From assembly GCA_003559735.1 (NCBI GenBank), contig PWKN01000001.1, positions 2,327 through 66,326 on the forward strand: a DNA stretch of 64,000 bases, given 5' to 3'. Numbering within the stretch: position 1 is the first letter of the stretch; every line of letters starts with the position of its first letter. This document shows positions 46,271 through 55,510 of this stretch, piece by piece. This stretch comes from Bacteroidales bacterium. GTDB taxonomy: Bacteria; Bacteroidota; Bacteroidia; Bacteroidales; UBA7960. The notes below the pieces were generated by a model. That model saw only the letters and a list, made by a program, of their open reading frames with translations. It was not told where the DNA came from and made no database searches. The position numbers were made by a program, and so were the translations under genes.

Positions 46271-46727
46271 TCAGCGTAAACAACCACTCCAGCCGGGGGT
46301 AGAGCATGCTTCCCGACCGCATCTCTTCTGAGATCAGATTCTGGCCATGATCAAAAAAATCGATCACCATAAATAAAACAGCCAGTATCAAACCCCATTT
46401 GATCAGGCCAATTCCAAATCCGGCGAAACGGTTAATAAACCCCAGCATCAGCGCCTTGAAAATATTGGTGAGCAACAGTCCAAACATACGTACCAGTAAG
46501 ACCACAATGACAAAAACAATAATAAACACTGCGATCTGCACAAGACGGGTATTCCAGCTGAACAGGTTTTCAATGATGTTGCTGAATATGATGGCTGCCA
46601 GTATGGCAATAAATACACCGGCAACCAAGCCGGCAAGCGTCGCCGTTTCATGAAAGAACCCTTTCTGAAATCCCCTGATGGCACCAAGGAGCAATACAAG
46701 GGAGATGATGATGTCGAGTGTATTCAT
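46227..46727 (-). CDS. cvpA: CvpA family membrane protein
   Basis: 166 aa with four TM helices and an N-terminus LDIIISLVLLLGAIRGFQKGF typical of CvpA. Its 3' end overlaps the decarboxylase by 44 nt. Confidence 0.8.
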   Translation of the reverse strand: MNTLDIIISLVLLLGAIRGFQKGFFHETATLAGLVAGVFIAILAAIIFSNIIENLFSWNTRLVQIAVFIIVFVIVVLLVRMFGLLLTNIFKALMLGFINRFAGFGIGLIKWGLILAVLFMVIDFFDHGQNLISEEMRSGSMLYPRLEWLFTLITRGMGFDVFLPAS

Positions 46728-46787
46728 GATGCTGTTGGTGATGACCGCAACAGACGGTCTTTGTCCTGATAACCTGATAAAAACAAG

Positions 46788-47819
46788 TCAGTGAAGGATC
46801 CGGCAGGTTAATTCCCTGACCAGCTCGCCCTCATTGGTTGATACATTATTCATGCCTTTTGACCTCATGTCATAGTCTCTCAGTAACGAAAACAATTGTA
46901 CGATCCGTGCCGGCGGATAATTTTTTGCTGCCTGTTCGTAATTTTTGACAAAATACGGCGCCACTCCCAGTTTTTTAGCTACATTCTGCCTGCTTTTGTC
47001 ATTCAGACCATGATACAGGAGTATCCTGGAAAAAAACTGGCAAAGGACGGCAGTTGTTCGTATGATTGAATTCGATTTTGGGTTGTCGGCAAAATATTGT
47101 GCGATCCGGTATGCCTTCAGCTTGTTTTTTGTCCCGATCGCAGACTGGTATTCAAAGATATTAAATTCTTTGCTTATGCCTATGTTTTCTTCAATGACTG
47201 TGGTAGTGATCTCTTCCCCTTTTCTGATGTTGATGAATATTTTTTTTACCTCATTCACGATTTTTCCCAGGTCGGTACCCAGGTGATCGGCGAGCATCTG
47301 CAGGGCAGTCGGACCGATTTGGTATCCGCGTTGCTTTACATAGGAAGAGATCCAGCCGGGGACCTGGTTGTCAAACAATTTTTTTCCCGTGAACACCAGT
47401 CCGGACTTGTCAAATGCCTTGTACAGCTTCGTCCGCCCGTCGAGTGTCTTGTATTTGTAGCAAACCACAAGAATGGTTGATTTCAGTGGACTTTCAAGAT
47501 AGGGGACGAGGTCATCGATCCCTGTTAAGTGTTGTGCCTCGCGAACAATCACAACATTATGACTGGCCATCATGGGGTAACGCCTTGCTGTGCTGACAAT
47601 TACAGGGACATCCGTATCGCGTCCGTAAAAAATACTCAGGTTAAACTCTTTTTCTTCATCATTCAGTACATGTTTTTCAAGAAAAGCGGCAATCACATCG
47701 ATATAAAAGCCTTCCTCTCCCATCAGGCAGTATACCGGGTAAAAGGACCTGTTTCGGATATCCCTGAGCATATTATTAAAGTTCATTTCGACCATAGCAA
47801 GGCTGTCTGTTACATCCAT
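46788..47819 (-). CDS. holA: DNA polymerase III subunit delta
   Basis: 343 aa with an N-terminal YPVYCLMGEEGFYID pattern and HolA-like helical C-terminal domains. Confidence 0.85.
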   Translation of the reverse strand: MDVTDSLAMVEMNFNNMLRDIRNRSFYPVYCLMGEEGFYIDVIAAFLEKHVLNDEEKEFNLSIFYGRDTDVPVIVSTARRYPMMASHNVVIVREAQHLTGIDDLVPYLESPLKSTILVVCYKYKTLDGRTKLYKAFDKSGLVFTGKKLFDNQVPGWISSYVKQRGYQIGPTALQMLADHLGTDLGKIVNEVKKIFINIRKGEEITTTVIEENIGISKEFNIFEYQSAIGTKNKLKAYRIAQYFADNPKSNSIIRTTAVLCQFFSRILLYHGLNDKSRQNVAKKLGVAPYFVKNYEQAAKNYPPARIVQLFSLLRDYDMRSKGMNNVSTNEGELVRELTCRILH

Positions 47820-47969
47820 GCAAAAATAACGAAAGGTTTTAACGGATGCATCTTTTCCGGTATTATTTCTACGGAGAACTGCCCTGTCCTCCGCACCTGC
47901 TTTAAAATACAGGATAAGGCACCGGTACGTATACTGGCCACTCCAACGGGTCAGGCAAAAAAAAACCTG

Positions 47970-47977
47970 TATCTTTG
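47970..47977 (+). promoter_or_regulatory. TAnnTTTG (-7 type) promoter motif
   Basis: TATCTTTG 55 nt upstream of ATG 48032. Confidence 0.4.
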
Positions 47978-47982
47978 TATGA

Positions 47983-48025
47983 GGTCAGTATTTCTGTCTG
48001 AACACAACTGACCGTTTTCTTGTTG
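47983..48025 (+). terminator. Terminator-like hairpin inside the leader of the HsdR_N/S8 gene pair
   Basis: GGTCAGT (47983-47989) pairs with ACTGACC (48007-48013), 17-nt loop, then GTTTTCTTGTTG. Confidence 0.3.
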
Positions 48026-48031
48026 AAACAG

Positions 48032-48499
48032 ATGATGCACAAACTGAACCTTCCTGAATTCCCTTTAAGAATGATCAAACAATCGGGCAAGATCTGCGTG
48101 TTCGATATTTTCAGGAAACAATTCGTATTGCTCACCCCGGAAGAATGGGTCCGCCAGCACTTTTTATGGTGGCTTAAGGAATACAAAGGATATCCGCCCT
48201 CTTTGATTGCTGTGGAGGCTTCCCTGAAATACAACAGGATGCTGTTGCGCGCCGATGCCATCATCTATGACAAAACAACAAAACCACTGATGATCATAGA
48301 ATGTAAGTCGGCCGAACAAAAAATCACCCAGGATGTATTTGACCAGGTGGCAAGGTATAACTTCCCGTATGGTGTTTCCTACCTGGCTGTAACCAACGGT
48401 CTTGACCATTATTGTTGCAAGATGGACAAGGATGCGAATGAATGGGTGTTTTTACGGGAAATTCCGGATTATATGCAGATGTTGGACGAGAAACAATAA
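48032..48499 (+). CDS. Type I restriction enzyme HsdR N-terminal domain-like (PD-(D/E)xK) small protein
   Basis: LNLPEFPLRM...IFDIFRKQFVLLTPEEWVRQH...ADAIIYD...IIECK. This is a nuclease-fold pattern common next to holA in Bacteroidota. The ORF track start at 48020 is a TTG. Confidence 0.7.
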   Translation: MMHKLNLPEFPLRMIKQSGKICVFDIFRKQFVLLTPEEWVRQHFLWWLKEYKGYPPSLIAVEASLKYNRMLLRADAIIYDKTTKPLMIIECKSAEQKITQDVFDQVARYNFPYGVSYLAVTNGLDHYCCKMDKDANEWVFLREIPDYMQMLDEKQ

Positions 48500-48509
48500 G
48501 ACTTGACTG

Positions 48510-51485
48510 ATGAATGTTCCTCTGGTAAAAATCAAAGAATACTGGACAACAGGACCCTTGTTTGTTCCGTTATCCGGAAACGGTCACTTTTCTGGTGGCG
48601 GTCTTCCTTTGCTGCATTTGTGCAGACTTGTGTTGTTGGTTCTGTTTTCCTGCTGCCAGCCTGCTTTTGCTGCACCTCCCCAATCAATACCATTGCATGC
48701 TGCCATGGAAAGCCATGCCGTACTGCCTGGACACATTATTTTTAAACTCACCCCAGAAGCACAAGAACAAAAAGGGGGACTGGAGCTATTGTCAGAACAT
48801 ATCAATGGCTTGTCGGGCACCAAGATCATGAACAGCCCCTACAGGCTGTTCCCCCGGCACGATGCCCCATCAGGGAAATCTCTTGCTGCCGGCCGGCCAT
48901 TGGTTGACCTTTCAAGGATCTATGAGGTGGTGATTGATGACCATGACCGCTTACCGGATGTGATCACAGCCATTGCATTGACTGGTTTGACCGAATATGT
49001 GCAACCACGGTTTATCCCGGAAACGCAACATTTCATTAAAGAACATACAGATACTGTATATGTGCCGAATGATCCCATGGCACCCGATCAGTATTACCTC
49101 GACAACATTGCGGCTTACCAGGCGTGGGCAATATCGCGGGGCGACACCAACACGGTGATTGCCATCGTTGATACCGGTGTTGACCTGTACCACCCTGACC
49201 TGGTCAATGCAATCAAATACAATTATGACGACCCCATCAATAGTGAAGATTCAGATGGTGACGGCTACATTGACAATTTTCACGGATGGGATCTGGGTGA
49301 GGGAAATAATGATCCAACCTTTAACCGGTCTGCCCATGGTCTGCATGTATCGGGCATTGCTGCTGCCAGTGCCGATAATGACGAGGGCATCGCCGGTGTC
49401 GGTTTTCATTCAAGGTTCCTCCCCGTAAAGGTTGATGACGAGTTTGGCCGTCTGGTCAAAGCATACGAAGGGATTGTCTATGCTGCCGATCAGGGTGTTG
49501 ATGTTATCAACTGTTCGTGGGGCAGCCACTTTTACCCTGGTCCGTTTGGCCAGGACATTATTGATTATGCAGTTTTTAACAGGGATGTGCTGGTTGTGGC
49601 CGCCGCAGGCAATGCCAATTCATCACAGCCATTTTATCCTGCCTCTCTGGATCACGTTGTAAGCGTGGCAGCTACCGATACCTTCGACAGGAAAACCGGG
49701 TTCTCAAGCTATGGTGCGTTCGTTGATGTTACAGCTCCAGGCATTGGCATAAAATCAACCTGGGTATACAATACCTATATGTCGTCGGGAGGGACCTCCA
49801 TGGCTTCACCGATCGTTGCCGGTGCCGCCGCCATCCTCAGGTCGTATTATCCAGCATATGACGCCATGCAAATTGCTGCCCTGTTAAAACTGTCGTCCGA
49901 TCCTGTTGATGAGGTGGAGGGAAACGCTGACTATGGCGGACAATTGGGGTATGGGCGTATCAATTTGCTGAAAGCACTCACCGAAACCGGACGACCTTAT
50001 GTCCGTGTCGTTGAAGACCTGTCTGGCGAAGAGAACCTTAAGGCAGTCAGACCGGGTGATCAGTTTGAAGTGGCGGTGCAGTTTCTAAACATCCTGGCCC
50101 CTGCCGGTAATGTTTCGGCTGTGCTCACAACCCCGTCAGACTACCTTGATGTACTAACGGATACGTTGTGGTTTGGCGGACTGGATAGTATGGCGTTGAC
50201 CGACAATGCCGCCAGCCCTTTTATTGTGAATGCCTTGTCTGACTTGCCTGTAAACCATGAAACCATTTTTACCATTTCCTTTTTTGACGGCGGCGGACAG
50301 ACCATTGGCCGCCACGCTTTGCGTCACGTGCTGAATTCTGACTATGTCAACATTCATGCAGGGGCCATCACCACAACCATTTCATCACTTGGTGCATTGG
50401 GATTTAACTATCCGTATTATTCACAGGGTAAAGGCCTTTTGTATAATAACGGCTATACCATGCTGCAATGTGGCGGTATAGTGGTTGGCAACAGCGTTGC
50501 CCACGTTGTTGATAATATATACGGGGCCCGGCAGGGAAGCTTCAGTGAGGTGCTGAAGCCACTCAGGTATCCGCGTGTGCACACCACCCATCCGGTCGCT
50601 CCGATCAAGGTGAGTGGCAGTGTCACTGACCAGACCGGTAACCACAGCGGTCCGCTGAACGTAGAAATCAGCTACAGGGCATACTTCTGGGATGACAATC
50701 CTGCAGAAGACTTTTTTATTCTGGACTATGCGGTCATCAACCATTCAGAAAAGACATACAATAACCTGTATGCAGGTTTTTTTGCTGACTGGGTGCTGCG
50801 AAACAACAAAATGCATCGCGCCGGCATCCATGTGCCCGCCAGACTTGCTTATGCATTTTCTGAGGAGGGTGGTCACTATGCAGGGATCCAATTGCTGACC
50901 GGCGGGGGAATGCGGCACTATGCTTTCGATAAGCAGGGAGCAGGGGGGAGTATGCAGATCAGCAAGGGATTTACAGATTTTAAAAAATTTACCGCACTCA
51001 CTTCAAACCGCTTCCAGGCGGGCCATTACAAGGACGACAACAACATTTCGTCGCTGCTGAGCAGCGGACCACATTTTGTTCACCCGGGCGATACGGTAAT
51101 GGTTTCTTTTGCAATCCACCTTGCTGAACATTTGCCGGATATGATAAAGAATACTGAAAAAGCCAGGGAATATTATCATATGCTGGAGAGCATACCTACT
51201 TCTGTTTCACCGCCTCCGCTGCTGGCACAGCCTGAGCTGCTGAAGGCTTACCCGAACCCTTTTTCCAGCCAGCTCACCGTCAGCATTAATGGTGAACCGG
51301 GACACCTTTACAGGCTGACGATGGCCGACCTGTACGGAAGAAAGGTCTATGCCGGTAATGTGAGACCCCTGGCAGATATGGAGAAAAAGGTAAAAATTCC
51401 TGTCCGGGGACTGCATCCGGGCATCTATGTCATCAGACTGGATAATGGATATGAAAATGCCGCTGTGCGGGTGATTAAATGGTGA
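48510..51485 (+). CDS. Subtilisin-like S8 serine peptidase with C-terminal T9SS sorting domain
   Basis: Catalytic triad contexts AIVDTGVD, SAHGLHVSGIAAA, GGTSMASPIVAGAAA. C-terminus LKAYPNPFSSQLTVSI...GIYVIRL...VIKW (Por secretion tail). Confidence 0.92.
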   Translation: MNVPLVKIKEYWTTGPLFVPLSGNGHFSGGGLPLLHLCRLVLLVLFSCCQPAFAAPPQSIPLHAAMESHAVLPGHIIFKLTPEAQEQKGGLELLSEHINGLSGTKIMNSPYRLFPRHDAPSGKSLAAGRPLVDLSRIYEVVIDDHDRLPDVITAIALTGLTEYVQPRFIPETQHFIKEHTDTVYVPNDPMAPDQYYLDNIAAYQAWAISRGDTNTVIAIVDTGVDLYHPDLVNAIKYNYDDPINSEDSDGDGYIDNFHGWDLGEGNNDPTFNRSAHGLHVSGIAAASADNDEGIAGVGFHSRFLPVKVDDEFGRLVKAYEGIVYAADQGVDVINCSWGSHFYPGPFGQDIIDYAVFNRDVLVVAAAGNANSSQPFYPASLDHVVSVAATDTFDRKTGFSSYGAFVDVTAPGIGIKSTWVYNTYMSSGGTSMASPIVAGAAAILRSYYPAYDAMQIAALLKLSSDPVDEVEGNADYGGQLGYGRINLLKALTETGRPYVRVVEDLSGEENLKAVRPGDQFEVAVQFLNILAPAGNVSAVLTTPSDYLDVLTDTLWFGGLDSMALTDNAASPFIVNALSDLPVNHETIFTISFFDGGGQTIGRHALRHVLNSDYVNIHAGAITTTISSLGALGFNYPYYSQGKGLLYNNGYTMLQCGGIVVGNSVAHVVDNIYGARQGSFSEVLKPLRYPRVHTTHPVAPIKVSGSVTDQTGNHSGPLNVEISYRAYFWDDNPAEDFFILDYAVINHSEKTYNNLYAGFFADWVLRNNKMHRAGIHVPARLAYAFSEEGGHYAGIQLLTGGGMRHYAFDKQGAGGSMQISKGFTDFKKFTALTSNRFQAGHYKDDNNISSLLSSGPHFVHPGDTVMVSFAIHLAEHLPDMIKNTEKAREYYHMLESIPTSVSPPPLLAQPELLKAYPNPFSSQLTVSINGEPGHLYRLTMADLYGRKVYAGNVRPLADMEKKVKIPVRGLHPGIYVIRLDNGYENAAVRVIKW

Positions 51486-51516
51486 CCGGCAATTGAGCCG
51501 GATCAACTATAAGTTG

Positions 51517-51524
51517 TAATTTTG
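51517..51524 (+). promoter_or_regulatory. TAnnTTTG (-7 type) promoter motif for the CcmF-like gene
   Basis: TAATTTTG 24 nt upstream of ATG 51548. Confidence 0.4.
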
Positions 51525-51547
51525 TCAAAAAAGAATACGATCGAACG

Positions 51548-53932
51548 ATGGATATACAATATATTGGAGAACATTTGTTCTGGGGCCATGCCGGGCGTTT
51601 TGCCCTCTATCTTGCTTTCTTTTCTGCGATCTTTTCTGTTATAGCCTATTACAGGGCATCATCAACCAACCGGATAGATTATCGTCAATGGAGAAGCTGG
51701 GCCAGGAAATTGTTCAGGTTTCATGGCCTGATGGTTGGCGTTGCATCATTTGCATTGCTGTATATATTGCTCAGCCGTTTTTATGAGTACCGGTATGTGT
51801 GGATGCATGTGGAAAACAACCTGTCAGTCGGATACCAGATTTCCAGTTTCTGGGCAGGCCAGGAGGGAAGCCTTTTGTTCTGGGTCTTATGCCAGGTTGT
51901 ATTCGGACTGTTTGTCATCAGGTATGCCCGTCAATGGGAAATGCACGTGATGACCCTCTTTTCGCTGTCGCAGGTATTTATGCTCAGCATGTTGCTGGGA
52001 TTGCGCTTTGGCAGTTTTTCTGTTGGAATGGACCCGTTTCTTTTGCTGCGAATGGCACCGGAAAACCTTGGCAACCAATTCTTCCATCGTCCTGATTACC
52101 TGTCACATATTACCGATGGCAACGGATTGAACCCTTTGTTGCGGAATTTCTGGATGTTGTCGCACCCGCCGGTTACCTTTATTGGTTATGCCGCCGTGCT
52201 GGTACCGTATTGTTATGCCCTGGCCGGTTTGTGGAGGGGAAAGTTTCATGACTGGATACGGCCTGCGCTTCCCTGGACCATACTGGGCATTTTCTTTTTG
52301 GGTGCCGGCATACTGCTGGGCGGTGTGTGGGCATATGAATCGCTCACTTTCGGTGGCTTCTGGGCATGGGACCCCATAGAAAATGCTTCCCTTGTTCCCT
52401 GGCTTATGCTAACAGCCGGACTCCACCTGATGATCGTGTCATACAGGAAAAAACACAGTTATGCGCCTGCTTTTCTGTTTGTCATCCTATCATTCATATT
52501 TATCATATATGCAACCTACCTGACAAGAAGCGGTGTGCTGTCGGAAACGTCTGTGCATTCATTTGGCTCTGATGGCATGGGGTTGCATATCCTGGTGTAC
52601 CTGTTCATCTTTTTGGTCATTGGGATCCTGTTGCTTGTTAAGGAATTTAGAAATCTCCCTTCCAGGGGAGAGGAACAGTTGTTGTCGCGCGACTTCTGGC
52701 TCTTTGCCGGGTCTCTTGTCATCGCCCTGAGCGCATTTCAAATCATCTTCAGCACGTCAATCCCTGTTTTTAATCATATACTGGGAACACAACTGGCACC
52801 GGCACAAAATGTGGTAAGCTACTACAACAAATGGCAGTTGCCTTTTGCGGTAGCCATCGCATTGATGATCGGCTTCACACAATTTATCCGGTGGGACCGT
52901 AACAATATAAGGCAGTTTATGCATCGAATGGGATTATCAGTTGTGCTGGCTGTCATCACCTCCATACCGGTCATTTTCTTCTATGGCATCACCGGCACAG
53001 GGTATGTACTGCTGCTATTTGCCGGTTTGTTTGCTTTCTATGGCTCACTCGACATGCTGTTGCGTTTCCGAAATCAGTACATCAGCATGGGGGGAGCCAT
53101 CAGCCACCTGGGCATGGCCTTATTCCTGCTTGCCGTGCTGCTCACCTTTTCGAAAAAAACCACCATCTCCGAAAATACCTCAGGGTATTTCCTTGGTGAT
53201 GGTTTTCCGGAAACCGAAAACCTTTTGCTGATCAAGGGAGAAATGCTTCCTATGGGCGAATACAAGGTGACATATGTGGACCGGCAGTTCGACGGAGAAC
53301 GCATTCACTATCAGGTGGACTTTCTGAAGACTAATAAAGAGGGCGACTATTACAGGGTTTTCAGCTCATATCCGTCGGTCCTCCTCAACGAACGGATGGG
53401 CAATGTATATGAACCCTATTCAAAAGTGTTCCCGTTAAGGGATGTGTTCACCTATGTAACGTTTGCCGACCTGTCGGGCGAAGATCATATACATGAACCA
53501 TACACGCTGATCAGTGAACTCGTTGTTGCTGTGGGCGACACCATTGCCCTGGCAAACAACCGCCTGGTATTGCAGTCTGTCGGAAGCACCCCTGTCGTTT
53601 CCACTGAACAGCAAAATGAACTGCGTGTTGCTGCATCCCTGGAGATACATACACACTATGGGAAAAAGTACACCCCGCAACCATCGTTCATTGTTTCGGA
53701 TCATAAAGTGCGGCATGAAGATGTGGTGGTTAGTGACCTCGGCTTGAAGTTCCGCTTTGAGCGGGCCAGGGATGAGCCCAATACGATTGAGCTGAAGGTA
53801 TATGAAGAGCAGCCTGAGTTTATCATCATAAAAACAGTTATTTTTCCGTTCATCAACTTGTTATGGATCAGCATTGTTGTGTTGCTTGCCGGACTGTATC
53901 TCGCTTACCGTCACCGGCGCAAGGCATCTTAG
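51548..53932 (+). CDS. CcmF/CcsA-family cytochrome c biogenesis (heme handling) membrane protein
   Basis: WAGQEGSLLFWV (CcmF-like N-terminal motif) and tryptophan-rich WWD motif GGFWAWDPIENASLVPW. About 14 TM helices plus a C-terminal soluble domain. Confidence 0.85.
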   Translation: MDIQYIGEHLFWGHAGRFALYLAFFSAIFSVIAYYRASSTNRIDYRQWRSWARKLFRFHGLMVGVASFALLYILLSRFYEYRYVWMHVENNLSVGYQISSFWAGQEGSLLFWVLCQVVFGLFVIRYARQWEMHVMTLFSLSQVFMLSMLLGLRFGSFSVGMDPFLLLRMAPENLGNQFFHRPDYLSHITDGNGLNPLLRNFWMLSHPPVTFIGYAAVLVPYCYALAGLWRGKFHDWIRPALPWTILGIFFLGAGILLGGVWAYESLTFGGFWAWDPIENASLVPWLMLTAGLHLMIVSYRKKHSYAPAFLFVILSFIFIIYATYLTRSGVLSETSVHSFGSDGMGLHILVYLFIFLVIGILLLVKEFRNLPSRGEEQLLSRDFWLFAGSLVIALSAFQIIFSTSIPVFNHILGTQLAPAQNVVSYYNKWQLPFAVAIALMIGFTQFIRWDRNNIRQFMHRMGLSVVLAVITSIPVIFFYGITGTGYVLLLFAGLFAFYGSLDMLLRFRNQYISMGGAISHLGMALFLLAVLLTFSKKTTISENTSGYFLGDGFPETENLLLIKGEMLPMGEYKVTYVDRQFDGERIHYQVDFLKTNKEGDYYRVFSSYPSVLLNERMGNVYEPYSKVFPLRDVFTYVTFADLSGEDHIHEPYTLISELVVAVGDTIALANNRLVLQSVGSTPVVSTEQQNELRVAASLEIHTHYGKKYTPQPSFIVSDHKVRHEDVVVSDLGLKFRFERARDEPNTIELKVYEEQPEFIIIKTVIFPFINLLWISIVVLLAGLYLAYRHRRKAS

Positions 53933-54046
53933 GAACTGGAAGCTCCCGCTGAGGAACTGGAAGCTCCCGCTGAGGAACTGGAAGCTCCCGCAGGGACTTC
54001 CAGCTTCCGGGATGTGAAGCTCCTTTTTGGACTTCCAGCTTCCGAA
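53932..54046. repeat. 21-bp tandem repeat x3 followed by two similar bulged hairpins
   Basis: GGAACTGGAAGCTCCCGCTGA at 53932, 53953 and 53974 (last unit diverges at its 3' end). GGACTTCCAGCTTCCG repeated at 53994 and 54029. Hairpins at 53978-54003 and 54016-54035. Confidence 0.85.
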
Positions 54047-54063
54047 TTGTAAAAAACAAACTA

Positions 54064-54837
54064 ATGAAAGACATAGTCATTTTGGGAGCAGGCAACGTAG
54101 GTACACACCTGGGTAAGGCTTTTCATGAGGCGGGTATGCCGGTTGTACAGGTATATAACCGCACTTTGGGACCGGCAAACAGTCTGGCTGAATTGCTCGG
54201 CTGTGCCTGTACCGATAATTTGGAAGACCTTACCGGTAAGGCCAGCCTCTATGTGATCACCGTTACCGACGATGCCATCGGTGAAGTCGCTGCACGTTTC
54301 CCGTTCAGGGATCGTTTGCTGGTGCATACAAGCGGGACAACCAACATGCATGTACTGAAATCAGGCAGTGCACAGTACGGTGTGTTTTATCCCTTGCAAA
54401 CCTTTTCAAAAGAGATCCCTGTTGATTTCCGCAAGGTGCCTTTGTGCCTGGAAGCATCAGACACTTCGTGCAGGGACCTGCTGGAGGACATTGCAGGGAA
54501 ACTTACCGGACGGGTGATCTGGATTGACTCGGAGAAAAGGAGGTTCATTCATGTTGCTGCTGTGTTTGCCTGCAATTTTGTGAACCATATGTACCACCTG
54601 GCAGAAGAGATCCTCAGGGAACACGATCTGCCGTTTGATCTGCTGCAACCGCTGATAGAGGAAACGGCCCGCAAAGCGATGACGGACAATCCGGGCAACG
54701 TGCAAACGGGTCCGGCGCGCCGCAACAACCTGGAGGTGATCCGTGCACACCTCGGCATGCTGTCTGCCATGCCGGCGTTTAAAGAGCTATACGGACAAAT
54801 AAGTGACAGCATCCGTAAGAAGTATGCCAGTGATTAA
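54064..54837 (+). CDS. Rossmann-fold NAD(P)-binding protein with DUF2520-like C-terminal domain
   Basis: IVILGAGNVGTHLG dinucleotide-binding motif. 257 aa, upstream of kdsC as in many Bacteroidota (from memory). Confidence 0.75.
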   Translation: MKDIVILGAGNVGTHLGKAFHEAGMPVVQVYNRTLGPANSLAELLGCACTDNLEDLTGKASLYVITVTDDAIGEVAARFPFRDRLLVHTSGTTNMHVLKSGSAQYGVFYPLQTFSKEIPVDFRKVPLCLEASDTSCRDLLEDIAGKLTGRVIWIDSEKRRFIHVAAVFACNFVNHMYHLAEEILREHDLPFDLLQPLIEETARKAMTDNPGNVQTGPARRNNLEVIRAHLGMLSAMPAFKELYGQISDSIRKKYASD

Positions 54838-54901
54838 AGACAAACAAGACAGAAACGAGCAGACTTCAACTTAATGAACACATAAAAAAACCCGTTTTGA
54901 C

Positions 54902-55423
54902 ATGACCAATTACAAACAGTTGTTAACACAGGTAAATACTTTTATTTTTGATGTGGATGGGGTAATGACCCGTGGGATTGTGTTGCTTACCCCTGGCGGA
55001 GAAATGTTGCGGAGCATGAACGTTAAGGATGGGTATGCTTTGCAGCTTGCTGTCAGGAAAGGCTACCAGATATATATCATATCGGGAGGGAGCTGTGAGT
55101 CTGTCCGGCACCGTTTCTCACTGCTTGGCATCAGGGATGTCTATCTTGGTGTTGGAAACAAGATGAAGGTATATGAAAAGCTGTTGAAGGAAGAGGGCCT
55201 TGACCCGTCGCGGACATTGTATATGGGCGATGACATACCCGACTATAAGGTTATGTGCGAAGTAGCTGTACCCGCCTGTCCGGCCGATGCCGTTGAGGAG
55301 ATCAAAGCCATATCAAAATATATCTCGTCTTACGGGGGCGGTAATGGTTGTGTCCGTGATGTCATTGAACAGGTGATGCGGATCCACGAAACATGGTTTG
55401 ATGATGATGGTTTTCATTGGTGA
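54902..55423 (+). CDS. kdsC: 3-deoxy-D-manno-octulosonate 8-phosphate phosphatase (HAD-IIIA)
   Basis: FIFDVDGVMT, SGG, YMGDDIPD motifs. 173 aa. Confidence 0.9.
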   Translation: MTNYKQLLTQVNTFIFDVDGVMTRGIVLLTPGGEMLRSMNVKDGYALQLAVRKGYQIYIISGGSCESVRHRFSLLGIRDVYLGVGNKMKVYEKLLKEEGLDPSRTLYMGDDIPDYKVMCEVAVPACPADAVEEIKAISKYISSYGGGNGCVRDVIEQVMRIHETWFDDDGFHW

Positions 55424-55471
55424 CCGGATCCACGAAACATGGTTTGATGATGATGGTTTTCATTGGTGACC
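55380..55471 (+). repeat. Perfect 46-bp tandem duplication spanning the kdsC stop codon
   Basis: GGATCCACGAAACATGGTTTGATGATGATGGTTTTCATTGGTGACC at 55380-55425 and again at 55426-55471, followed by a partial third start (GGAT). Confidence 0.9.
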
Positions 55472-55510
55472 GGATGCCGGACTGCTGTTTGGGTTTTTAT
55501 CATTTTGCAG

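Noticed and set aside
48032-48499. HsdR N-terminal domain protein as part of a type I restriction-modification system
   Set aside because: No HsdM or HsdS gene and no helicase portion of HsdR are nearby. From memory this small protein is a conserved neighbour of holA in Bacteroidota, so it is not a defence locus.
48510-51485. S8 subtilase as the activating protease for the gasdermin-like 203-aa protein
   Set aside because: It is separated from that gene by five unrelated, mostly housekeeping genes on both strands. It also carries a signal peptide and a T9SS sorting domain, so it is exported, not cytoplasmic.
53932-53994. Possible CRISPR array
   Set aside because: The three 21-bp units are contiguous with no spacers, the units are too short, and no cas genes are present in the window.
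53868-54095. 75-aa minus-strand ORF encoding RELPVPQ x3
   Set aside because: It is simply the reverse translation of the 21-bp tandem repeat, and it overlaps the start of the next gene. There is no independent coding evidence.
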